Source of the DNA: Desulfobacteraceae bacterium
GTDB lineage: Bacteria > Desulfobacterota > Desulfobacteria > Desulfobacterales > UBA11574
DNA length: 37,494 nt
Assembly (NCBI GenBank): GCA_030604635.1
Contig: JAUVVL010000003.1
Coordinates: 1-37,494 of the forward strand
Reading direction: 5' to 3'
In this document: positions 27,976 through 37,344 of the stretch, in pieces
Layout: every line of letters starts with the position of its first letter
Position numbering within the stretch: position 1 is the stretch's first letter
The notes under the pieces: model-generated
The model's input: the letters and a program-made list of their open reading frames with translations, nothing else
The model's database searches: none
What the model was told of the DNA's origin: nothing
Made by a program: the position numbers and the translations under genes

Positions 27976-29958
27976 CTAAAGTAGATCTATCTCCCAGTTC
28001 CACAAGCCAGGCCTTTTTTTCAGCTTCACCTCTTTAGGCAACTCTTCCACAAGATGAACGAACAGACTGTATCCTTCCTTCTCAAGCTCATCCTGTTTGG
28101 CCTTTATGTCGAGTATCCAGTTGGGAAAGACCCAGTAGTCAGATCCAAATTTACTGGCCCAGGCTTTCTCGCCTTTTGGGCTGGCAAATGGCCTGTCTGT
28201 TTTCAGGTTTTCAGAAAGGGTGCGGGAAACACACAGAGGCCAGTAACCTGATATAACAATCCCCAGAGGCAGGGGACTCTGTTTCGGCAGCAGGAAATAA
28301 TCATCTCGACTAAGTTCCGGGCTGACAATAACCCCTTTAAAGCCCAGAGAAGCCAGAGTACTAATGGCCAGGACATTGGCTGTGTTGCAAAAAGGTCCTG
28401 CCCAGAAATTCAAGCCTTTTTTGACCGAAAAAAGGGCTATCTGCCATGGGGCGTTAAGTACGAAATTTCGGCCGCCATTATTGAGGACAAAATCAATATC
28501 CGCCTTGATTTTTTTTTCCGCTTCGGGCCAGATAACCGGTGGAAGCCACCACCAGAGTCCGGACACGAAGTTCCTGGACAACCCTTTTTGGGATTCGATC
28601 GGCAGCCAGAGCCCTGTCCGGTCGCGGGGTTTCGCCTTGCCAGGTTTACGGTAAACATGAAGATCAAAGACCGTTGCTCTTTTTCTTGACCTTTTTGGGA
28701 GCCTGGCATTAAACGCTGAAGGGGAAATTTTTAATCCTGGTGTTTTGATCAGCTCCTCTTCAAGTTTGGATAACATGTCTTCAAGTGACTTTTCAAGCCG
28801 GTCTGTTAGGAAAACCGGAACTCCTTTTGCAGGGCGTCTTTTTGAAGAAGGCTTCAGAAAAAAGCGCCCTCCTTTTGGTACGTATTTGCCGACCCTGTTG
28901 ATACCGTGCCATGACTCGTCTTCATATCCAAGGCGCAGGACGTCGCCCGGCAGCAGCTCCTCTCTGGGGATTAAATAAGGCTTTTGATTGGCACCCTTTA
29001 CTGTTCCGACCAGCAAGCCTGATCCGGTTTGAATGTCAAGCTTTACAGGATCCTGGGGCCTTTGGGGCAGAAAATTATAATGTGTGCCTGTACGGCCCAG
29101 GGCCCGAGAAAGGAGTTGCAGGGCCACCTTCTTCATCTTGGAATCGCTTCCATGGTCCCTTAAAATCTGGTAGGCCTTGACTGTATAGAAAACGTAATGG
29201 GGGCCTTTTTTGCGGCCTTCAATCTTCCAGGCTCGCACTTTGGGAATAGGCAGAAGGACCTTGACCAGAACATCCAGGCTAAGATCCTGGCAGGAAAAAA
29301 ATCGTTTGCTTTGTTCATTTTGTGTATAAACCCTGCGGCAGGGCTGGACGCATCTGCCCCTGAGTCCGCTTTTGCCGCCAAAATAACTGCTCCAGTAGCA
29401 CCTCCCGGAAACACCATAGCAAAGCGCACCGTGTATGAACACTTCCAGATCGAGGCCTTTCGGGCAGGCCAGGGCCAGGTCCTTGATCTCGTCTATGCTA
29501 AGTTCCCTGGGGACGACAATCCGATCGACTTTGATATTTTTTCGAACCAGTTTTAGGGCCGTTGCAAAACTTACATTAGACAGGGTCGATAAATGCAGCC
29601 CGCCTGAAAAACCGGTTTGTCCGGCCAGCTGCACAAGAGACAGATCCTGGATGATGAGGGCATCAGGTCGTACCCACCGCTTCAACTGTTCCAGAAGTCT
29701 ACCTGCCCTGTCAAGGTCGCCGGGCTTTAAAAAGGAATTCAAGGCCACATAAACTTTTATCCCCTTGTCATGGGCCAGAAGCGTTAACGGAACCAACTCT
29801 TCAACCGAGAAATTCTTGGCCTCCATGCGCGCTGAAAATTGTTTCAGACCGCAATATACGGCATCAGCCCCGGCTGCCAGGGCCGCCAGAAATGAAGCCT
29901 TGTTCCCGGCTGGTGCCAGAATGGAAGGGCGTGAAAGTGTTTCTGTCTCATTGCTCAT
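27976..29958 (-). CDS. Peptidase U32-family Fe-S protein (RlhA/TrhP-related)
   Basis: ILAPAG, GADAVYCG, HGALC..SGRC..S..RGRCVQPCR and KIEGR motifs. Confidence 0.92.
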   Translation of the reverse strand: MSNETETLSRPSILAPAGNKASFLAALAAGADAVYCGLKQFSARMEAKNFSVEELVPLTLLAHDKGIKVYVALNSFLKPGDLDRAGRLLEQLKRWVRPDALIIQDLSLVQLAGQTGFSGGLHLSTLSNVSFATALKLVRKNIKVDRIVVPRELSIDEIKDLALACPKGLDLEVFIHGALCYGVSGRCYWSSYFGGKSGLRGRCVQPCRRVYTQNEQSKRFFSCQDLSLDVLVKVLLPIPKVRAWKIEGRKKGPHYVFYTVKAYQILRDHGSDSKMKKVALQLLSRALGRTGTHYNFLPQRPQDPVKLDIQTGSGLLVGTVKGANQKPYLIPREELLPGDVLRLGYEDESWHGINRVGKYVPKGGRFFLKPSSKRRPAKGVPVFLTDRLEKSLEDMLSKLEEELIKTPGLKISPSAFNARLPKRSRKRATVFDLHVYRKPGKAKPRDRTGLWLPIESQKGLSRNFVSGLWWWLPPVIWPEAEKKIKADIDFVLNNGGRNFVLNAPWQIALFSVKKGLNFWAGPFCNTANVLAISTLASLGFKGVIVSPELSRDDYFLLPKQSPLPLGIVISGYWPLCVSRTLSENLKTDRPFASPKGEKAWASKFGSDYWVFPNWILDIKAKQDELEKEGYSLFVHLVEELPKEVKLKKRPGLWNWEIDLL

Positions 29959-29998
29959 ATATTAAATTGGTTTCAGAAATCAACGTTGTCCGGGCGTA

Positions 29999-30017
29999 GA
30001 CTTTTTACGAAACCATC
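29999..30017. repeat. Solo family-A end
   Basis: GACTTTTTACGAAACCATC, identical to 3951-3969, followed by AAGTTT. Confidence 0.7.
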
Positions 30018-30030
30018 AAGTTTTGTCTAA

Positions 30031-31413
30031 TTATATCTCTAACCATTCATCGGGAGGTTCTTCTTCCTCAATTTCAGCTTTCTTTTCTTTTTGAGGCTGA
30101 AGGATTTGCTTGGCGGACTTCTTTTCTTCAGGGGCTTCGAGGTCTACTTCGAGCTTTTCCTCGGCTTTGAGAAGGTCGGTTTCGGGCTTTTCTTCCTCGT
30201 CACGCAGTTGGGCAACGTGCTGCTTCTCCAGTTCAGCCTGCTTTATGGCGGCCGCGTGTTGATTTTGTAGCTTGGCGATCTTGGCTTCAAAGTGCTGGCG
30301 GGTTTTCTTGTGCGCCTGTCGTTCCTTGGTTAGCATATCTGATACCAACTGCGCCTCCTCGGTTGATCTATGTTTGAGCGCCTCAATTTCGGACTTCGTC
30401 TCGTTTTGGAGTTGAGCGATCTCTGAGGCGTACTTCATTTTGAGGGCTTGGAGGTCGTGCTTATGCTTTTCCTCCGTGGCGTGTAACTGGGTAAGGCTCT
30501 TCTTCTCCGCTTTACTGACAGCGCCCTGGAGCTTGGCGATCTTGGCTTCAAAGTGCTGGTGCGCCTGCTGCTGCTCCTCGGTCAATTTCTGTTCCAGCGC
30601 ATTGAGCGACTCCTGTGCTCTGTTGATCTCGTTATGCCTGGTTTGAACAAGAGCCGCAAGTTCCTTCTCTCGTTTCTGCCCCTTGCCTATTTCCCTTTTG
30701 AGCCAGTTCACCTCCTTGGCGAATTCTTTAAGCCTCTTATTGTCTGAGAGAATCTTGCGGTTACTATCGTGAAGTTTCTTTGTGAGACGGGTGATCTCTA
30801 AATCCTTCTTAACTGTCTGGTCATCCATGACATCTGTCTGAACCGGGACAGCAAGGTTCGCATTACCTTCGCTTTCTATTGTCTCATCAAGGAATTCAAA
30901 GATCGGGGCAAGTTCATCATCGGCAAGCTCTTCCAGGTTGATTGTATCTGCATCCTCGTTTACTTCGGCAGATGACCCTCCCAACCGGCCGGATACGTCC
31001 TCATTGTCCTCCGGTGGAAGCGGTCCTGTCCGGGATTCCAATCCAATAAGCTCATGGAGTTTGTGGAGGAGCTTTTTACGGGATAAGCTTTTCTTGTCCA
31101 GGTAAACGTCCGCGCGCATCTTCGTTTTTCCGTGCAAGGCAAAATCGCGCGGTGAGATCGTTGTCGTGGCGAGGATAATCGGTATTTTGTTCCCGACAGC
31201 TTTCCTGACTTTAGTGTAAAGCGTATAACCAAACTTGTCGGGGGAGTCGACAGCGATGAAAATGGCATTAGGTTTGAGTGCTTTTACCCTGTGGATATCG
31301 TTGGACCGGGGGTCTGCAACCTGAACTTCAAATCCGTACGCACCAAGAGAGCTTTTGAGGAGGGTTAAAAAAGCTATGTCATTATCGAAGACCAGAACGC
31401 GGCGGGATGCCAT
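30031..31413 (-). CDS. Pseudo-receiver domain plus coiled-coil protein (FrzS/AglZ-like architecture)
   Basis: N-terminal receiver-like segment with Ala at the phosphoacceptor position (PNAIFIAVD), acidic linker, long heptad-rich C-terminus. Confidence 0.8.
   Translation of the reverse strand: MASRRVLVFDNDIAFLTLLKSSLGAYGFEVQVADPRSNDIHRVKALKPNAIFIAVDSPDKFGYTLYTKVRKAVGNKIPIILATTTISPRDFALHGKTKMRADVYLDKKSLSRKKLLHKLHELIGLESRTGPLPPEDNEDVSGRLGGSSAEVNEDADTINLEELADDELAPIFEFLDETIESEGNANLAVPVQTDVMDDQTVKKDLEITRLTKKLHDSNRKILSDNKRLKEFAKEVNWLKREIGKGQKREKELAALVQTRHNEINRAQESLNALEQKLTEEQQQAHQHFEAKIAKLQGAVSKAEKKSLTQLHATEEKHKHDLQALKMKYASEIAQLQNETKSEIEALKHRSTEEAQLVSDMLTKERQAHKKTRQHFEAKIAKLQNQHAAAIKQAELEKQHVAQLRDEEEKPETDLLKAEEKLEVDLEAPEEKKSAKQILQPQKEKKAEIEEEEPPDEWLEI
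30269..30559. repeat. 30-bp exact intragenic direct repeat (QHFEAKIAKL)
   Basis: AGCTTGGCGATCTTGGCTTCAAAGTGCTGG at 30269-30298 and 30530-30559. Confidence 0.9.
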
Positions 31414-31610
31414 AGATATACTCCTTCCGGTCTAAGGCCTCAGTTAGTTTCAATATATTATTTTAAGGCAGATGCTAATATTTTTCTTTATTATTATTGA
31501 TACTTATTTAACCGTCCAAAAGCAAGTGGGAGACGAATTTTAAACGGACTGAAAAACCCAATAATAACATTAAATTAATGACATAGTAATTTCAGATTGT
31601 CAAAACTCTT

Positions 31611-31922
31611 GGTAACGTTCAAAAATTGCGGCATCAATTTTTACTTTTACAAACTACGTTTGATTGTTTCGTAAAAAGTCCAAAAATTCTCAAAGTCGCT
31701 CCCAAAAGACTTTTTACGTCACAATCAAGTTTGATACCCATGTAAAAAGTCCTTTTTACATGGATTAAGGAATTTAGGGATTAAGGAATTGCGAATTATT
31801 TAAAGACATTACGAATGCGTAAAATTGAATAATTCAGCAAGTTTTCACTTTTTACGTCACAATCAAGTTTAAAAGGAAATACTTTCTATATTTTAAAGAT
31901 GCCGTAACTTTTTAACGTTACC
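31611..31922. mobile_element. 312-bp MITE with GGTAAC ends (family E) containing nested family-A elements
   Basis: GGTAACGTTCAAAAATTGCGGCATC / GATGCCGTAACTTTTTAACGTTACC; flanks AAACTCTT / AAATTCTT (8-bp duplication, 1 mismatch). Confidence 0.75.
31662..31864. mobile_element. Two tandem family-A elements
   Basis: 31662-31726 and 31733-31864, bounded by ACGTTT, AAGTTT and AAGTTT; right end ACTTTTTACGTCACAATC occurs twice. Confidence 0.65.
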
Positions 31923-32046
31923 AAATTCTTAAAGTTATTTCCAGCAATTATAGGTAAAAAGATAAATTTTTGTTATTTAAGGGCTGGTCGATTCTATTCG
32001 ATATTACTATTTATCTGATCGGCTTTTTTGGGTGAGATACTCTTGT

Positions 32047-33465
32047 TTACCACCCCAGAGTCAAATATTTATGAATGGAATTGGCAGCCTCTCTGCCGGC
32101 ACCCATTGCCAAAATAACGGTGGCCGAACCGGTTACAATGTCACCGCCGGCCCAGACACCTTGCTTGCTGGTCTTTCCGGTTTCAGGTTCCGCTACGATA
32201 TAGCCCCATTTGTTTAGATTCAGCCCTTCAGTGGTTTTCGCCAGCAGAGGATTGGCCCCGGCGCCCACGGCAATAATGGCAAGATCGCACTCAAGCTCGA
32301 ATTCCGAGCCTTCTATGGGAACCGGACGGCGTCGCCCGGAATCATCAGGTTCACCAAGCTCCATCTTGAGTCCTTCCATACCGATGAGGCGTCCATTTTC
32401 GTCCCCGATGAATTTCATCGGGGCGGTAAGAAAATAGAATTCCACCCCTTCTTCTTCGGCATGGTGGACTTCCGCACCCCTTGCAGGCACCTCTGTTCTT
32501 GAACGTCGGTAAACAATAAGGGATTTTTCAGCACCAAGACGAATGGCGGTTCGGGCGGAATCCATGGCCACATTACCCGCACCGAGCGTAATCACCTTTT
32601 TACCTCTGACAATTGGCGTATCATACTCGGGGAAAAGATATGCTTTCATAAGATTGGTCCGGGTCAGATATTCATTGGCAGAGAATACGCTGATAAGGTT
32701 TTCGCCCGGGATTCTCAAAAAGGTGGGCAGACCGGCTCCGACACCTACAAAAACGGCATCAAAGCCCTCTTCAAAGAGTTCATCCACTGTTACAATCCGG
32801 CCCACCACCGCATTGCGCACAAGTTTTACACCAAGCCTTTCCAGGAAATTAACTTCAGAGAAGACGATTTCCTTTGGAAGCCTGAACTCTGGAATTCCGT
32901 ATACCAGGACTCCGCCTGGCTTGTGAAACGCTTCAAAAATCGTCACTTCATGGCCTTTAAGAATAAGATCTCCGGCAACGGTCAGCCCGGCCGGTCCGGA
33001 GCCGACAACAGCCACCTTCTTCCCGGTTGATTCCGCTTTGGGAGGCAATTCACCCTTGCCGTACATTCTCTCGTAGTCGGCAACAAACCGCTCAAGGTTG
33101 CCTACGGCAACAGGGTCATCTTTTTTACCAACGATACACTTGCCTTCACACTGTATTTCCTGGGGACATACCCTGCCGCAGACAGCAGGAAGCGCATTCG
33201 TTTCCCAAATCTTTCGGATGGATTCGGCAAACTTACCTTCAGCTATGAGCTTGACAAATCCGGGGATATCGACTTCCACAGGACAGTCAGTAATACAGAG
33301 CGGTTTTTTGCATTGCAGACATCTTTCCGCCTCTTTCATGGCCGCTTCCTGGCTGAGTCCAAATGGAACTTCGTCAAAGTTTCTGGCCCTGACAGCCGGT
33401 TCCTGTTCCGGCATTGGTTGCTTGGGTATTTTTTCTTTTTTAGGTTTTTTACCTGGTTCCGCCAT
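32047..33465 (-). CDS. nfnB: NfnB/SudA-type flavoprotein (glutamate-synthase-beta-like; large subunit of transhydrogenase NfnAB)
   Basis: CLQCKKPLC..CP, CGRVCPQE.QCE, GSGPAG, GAGNVAMD and GGDIVTG motifs; adjacent to nfnA; start at ATG 33465 after GGAGG. Confidence 0.9.
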   Translation of the reverse strand: MAEPGKKPKKEKIPKQPMPEQEPAVRARNFDEVPFGLSQEAAMKEAERCLQCKKPLCITDCPVEVDIPGFVKLIAEGKFAESIRKIWETNALPAVCGRVCPQEIQCEGKCIVGKKDDPVAVGNLERFVADYERMYGKGELPPKAESTGKKVAVVGSGPAGLTVAGDLILKGHEVTIFEAFHKPGGVLVYGIPEFRLPKEIVFSEVNFLERLGVKLVRNAVVGRIVTVDELFEEGFDAVFVGVGAGLPTFLRIPGENLISVFSANEYLTRTNLMKAYLFPEYDTPIVRGKKVITLGAGNVAMDSARTAIRLGAEKSLIVYRRSRTEVPARGAEVHHAEEEGVEFYFLTAPMKFIGDENGRLIGMEGLKMELGEPDDSGRRRPVPIEGSEFELECDLAIIAVGAGANPLLAKTTEGLNLNKWGYIVAEPETGKTSKQGVWAGGDIVTGSATVILAMGAGREAANSIHKYLTLGW

Positions 33466-33552
33466 AATATCCTCCATCCAAAAAGCGCCTAAAGTTACGA
33501 TTGCGTTTGATTCTTTAACCTTTTAACAACTTTTAACCTTAGGCACTACTTA

Positions 33553-34395
33553 TCAATTAATCCGACGCCAGTTTTTGCTCTCCCACTCATGCAAAGAACG
33601 GATCTCTTCATCTTGATAACCTTTTTGCCGGGTCAGGAGAATGTCCCAATCTACTTGATGACCGTCAAATTCAGGGCCATCAACACAAGCGAACTTTGTT
33701 GTACCACCAACTGATACCCGGCAGCAACCACACATGCCGGTACCATCTACCATTATGGAGTTAAGGTGAACTATTGTCTTAATACCTAAAGGCTTAGTCG
33801 CCTCTGAACAAGTTTTCATCATATAGGTACAGCCAATGGCAAAAACAAGATCTATCTTATCTCCTTCATCCACTATTTGATTAATCCGATCAGAGATCCA
33901 TCCTTGAGGGGCATGTGAACCATCACCTGTAGTTACTAAGAACTGATCGCTCACCTTGCGCAATTCATCTTCCCAATAAAGGAGATATTTGCTCCTTGCT
34001 TCGATAATTGTAATAACCTTGTTGCCTGCCTCCTTCATGGCCCGGGCAATTGGCATAATAGCAGCTATGCCATAACAACCACCGACACAGGCGAGCGTGC
34101 CGATTTTATCGATATGTGCCGGAATGCCGAGAGGTCCCACAACGCTCTCAATGGAATCTCCAGCATTTAATGTGGCAAAACGATGGGTTGTAGTCCCCAC
34201 CTCCATGAACACAATGGTGATAGAGCCCTCTTTACGATCCCAATCAGCAATCGTCAGCGGAATCTTTTCTCCTTTCTCGTCAAGAATAATAATAACAAAC
34301 TGACCGGGCTGGGCTTTTTTAGCTATACCCGATGCTGCAATTTTAACCAAATGTATATTTGGCGCTAACTCTTGCTTTACTAATATCTTAAACAA
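33553..34395 (-). CDS. nfnA: NfnA/SudB-type FAD/NAD-binding [2Fe-2S] subunit
   Basis: PGQFVI, GEKIPLTIAD and MVDGTGMCGCCRV..CVDGPEF motifs; TTG start at 34395 after GGAGGT. Confidence 0.92.
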   Translation of the reverse strand: MFKILVKQELAPNIHLVKIAASGIAKKAQPGQFVIIILDEKGEKIPLTIADWDRKEGSITIVFMEVGTTTHRFATLNAGDSIESVVGPLGIPAHIDKIGTLACVGGCYGIAAIMPIARAMKEAGNKVITIIEARSKYLLYWEDELRKVSDQFLVTTGDGSHAPQGWISDRINQIVDEGDKIDLVFAIGCTYMMKTCSEATKPLGIKTIVHLNSIMVDGTGMCGCCRVSVGGTTKFACVDGPEFDGHQVDWDILLTRQKGYQDEEIRSLHEWESKNWRRIN

Positions 34396-34411
34396 TTTGC
34401 ACCTCCAAATA

Positions 34412-37231
34412 TTACTGCGCCGCAACCTTCTCCAACCTAACTGCGCAAACCTTAAACTCAGGAATTTTAGCCACAGGATCAAGAGCCGGATTTGTTAGTT
34501 GATTCGTGGGGCTTTCGGCAAAGTGAAAGTTCATACTCACAACATTAACCGGCGAAACATCCGTCACTTTTGCTTTGGCCTTAACAGCCCCCCTCCTTGA
34601 TATAACCTGTATCATCTCGCCGTCACTTATATCCAATTGGGAAGCATCCTTTGGATTTATCTCCACCATACCTTCGCCATCCAGCACATTCAGACCCCTT
34701 ACCTTGCGTGTCATGGTGCCGGTATGAAAATGGTACAGGCTTCTTTCGGTGGTAAGGATCAGTGGATATTCATCATCTGGTAGTTCTGCCGGCGGTTTGT
34801 ATTCTAATGGGATAAATTTACCCTTACCCCTGGCAAATTTTTCGGTATGCAGTATAGGTGTACCAGGATGATCCTTGGTCGGGCACGGCCACTGAATACT
34901 GCCATCCTCAAGCCTGTCATAGCTGATGCCTCCATAGCTTGGCGTCAGCCCGGAAATTTCCTCCATAATCTGAGACGGTTTTTCAAAATCAAAACCCTTG
35001 GCTCCCATCCTTTGTGCAATCTGGCAGGTAATCCACCAATCGGACTTAGAGATCCCAATAGGCTCAATAGCCTTTCTAACCCTCTGAACTCTTCTGTCAG
35101 TATTAGTAAATGTTCCATCCTTCTCAGCAAACGTTGCACTCGGTAGAACCACGTCAGCCAATTGGGCGGTCTCTGACATGAAAATATCCTGGACTACAAG
35201 AAAATCAAGCGTTTCCAAAGATTCCTGTGCATGCTGTGCATCAGGGTCGCTCAATACCGGGTTTTCACCAATAAGATAGAGCCCTTTTATTTCCTTTTTG
35301 TGGGCTGCCTCGAGCATCTCAAGCAAGGTAAGCCCGATTTCACCAGGCAATTGAGCACCCCAGGCATTTTCAAACTTTTTCCTTATTTCTTCATTCACTA
35401 CCGCTTGATAACCGGTAAATACATTAGGCAAGCCGCCCATATCGCAGGCGCCCTGAACATTATTCTGGCCCCTTAAAGGATTTACACCCGTTGACGGCTT
35501 CCCGACATTTCCGGTAAGCATGGCAAGGTTTGCTGTAGCCATTACATTATCTGTACCGTGAGTGTGCTGGGTGATTCCCATTGCATAGAGAATTGTGGAA
35601 GGTGTATCAGTGGCATATATCCTTGCCGCCTCAATTATCTTGTCCTTGGGAATCCCGGTAAGCTCTTCAACCCTTTCCAGGTCAAACTCTTTAAGAGAAT
35701 CCTTGAAGGCGTCAAAGTCTTCGCATTTCTCTTCAATAAAATCCCTGTCAAGGAGATCTTCCTCTACTATGACCCTCATCATTCCCATGAGAAGGGCAAC
35801 GTCACTTCCGGGTTTTTGCTGGAGCCAAAGATCAGCATGTCGTACCAGTTCTATTTCCCTTGGATTGGCAACAATGAGCTTTGTCCCATTTTTAGAGGCC
35901 TGCTTTACCTTCATACCGATTACAGGGTGTGCATAGGTAGTATTAGTACCTATTGCCAGGATACATTTGGCATGCTCGATTTCCTCTATGCTGTTAGTCA
36001 TTGCACCGGCTCCAAAAGAGGCGGCCAGACCGGCCACCGTTGAAGAATGTCAGAGCCGCGCACAGTGGTCGAGGTTGTTGGTGCCAAGCACTGCCCTCGC
36101 AAACTTCTGGATAACATAGTTTTCTTCATTGGTGCACTTTGCCGAAGTTATTACAGCCATCTCATTAGCATTGTAAGTGCCCATTTTTTCAGCGACTAAA
36201 TCCAATGCTTCATCCCAGCTTGCCTCCTCAAAATTCCCATTTTTACGGATAAGAGGAACCGTTAGCCTGTCTGTATGGTGAACAAATTCAGCTATCCCGA
36301 ACCTACCTTTTACACATGCCTGGCCTTGATTTACGGTTCCATCTCCTTTGGGGCTGACGCCGATAATTCTATCTTTCTTAACCAGAAGCTCTAACTGACA
36401 ACCTACTCCGCAATAGGGGCAGGTAGATAATACCCGTGTATCTGCAACGCCATCCCACTTGTTATTCCATTCTGTTAAAGCTCCTGTTGGGCAAACATCA
36501 ACACATGCCCCACAAAATTGGCATCCGGATTCTTCCAAACTAGGCGCTTTGCTTCCGATTGTTGCGTTGCCGTCTTGAAAAACGTAACCAACAGTATTAT
36601 TGACTCTTACTTCCTGACATGCCCTTACACACCTGGTGCAAGCAATACAGAGGTTGTAGTTTCGCTCAAAAAAGGAATCACTTTTTAACGAAGGCGTTCC
36701 TTTATATTCATAGGGTGGCAGTGATTCGTCTACACCTATATATGCGGATACCTCCTGTAACTCGCACTTAAAGTTATTGGGGCAGAATTCACAGCCGGTT
36801 ATTATTGAGGCCTTGCGTATACCTCCCCTAAAGGGATCACAGTCCTCCTTTCGATCACAGGCGAGACAGACATTTGGGTGTTCAGCTAAAATAGTATTTA
36901 GATTCCCCCTGCGTTTTTGCTGGATTTCCGGGGTATTGGTCTGAACAACCATGCCCTCACCAACCTCGGTGGTGCAGGCGGTAGGGAGGTCATCCTTACC
37001 CTCTATTTTGACCAGGCAGAGCTGACAACCCTCATACTCGCTTGATGAGTTATCATTCTTTACCTCTTCTTTACCCCGATAGACAGCTTCGAAGGGTTTA
37101 ACTTGCCTTGATGGCGGCAAATTAGGGTGAGAACACAGTGCTGGAATATAAATGCCGGCACTCCGCGCTGCCTCTAAAATCGTAGCTCCTTGCTCAACAG
37201 TAACCTTGGTATTATCAATGGTTAAATTCAT
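34412..37231 (-). CDS. fdhF: Selenocysteine-containing cytoplasmic formate dehydrogenase alpha subunit with N-terminal Fe-S domains
   Basis: Two ORFs are in one frame across TGA 36052-36050 in DHCARL-U-HSSTV; CPYCGVGC, PLRGQNNVQG and PEFK motifs; no Tat signal; start at 37231 or 37240. Confidence 0.93.
36020..36052 (-). promoter_or_regulatory. UGA-Sec codon and bacterial SECIS hairpin
   Basis: UGA, 11 nt, then GGUGGCC-GGUCU-GGCCGCC stem-loop; same spacing and similar loop to the E. coli fdhF SECIS. Confidence 0.88.
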
Positions 37232-37315
37232 TTTTCCCATCACCTTCAATAAAATTATTTTCAAGACTTGTTGGTTGATAGATTATGAAATGCTCGGACA
37301 AATTTAATTGCTGTG

Positions 37316-37344
37316 TCTATATTATTCAGTTTATGAATTGTCAA
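37316..37344 (-). promoter_or_regulatory. Sigma70-like promoter for fdh-nfnAB
   Basis: TTGACA (37344-37339), 17 nt, TATAGA (37321-37316). Confidence 0.5.

Noticed and set aside
31660-31870. Repeated TAAAAAGT/ACTTTTTAC units as a possible CRISPR array
   Set aside because: Repeats alternate in orientation with irregular spacing and no cas genes; better explained as MITE ends
32047-33465. Annotation as a true glutamate synthase
   Set aside because: No gltB large subunit nearby; adjacency to an NfnA-type gene indicates NfnB/SudA
36050-36052. fdh as a nonsense pseudogene
   Set aside because: The UGA is at the catalytic Sec position and has a SECIS
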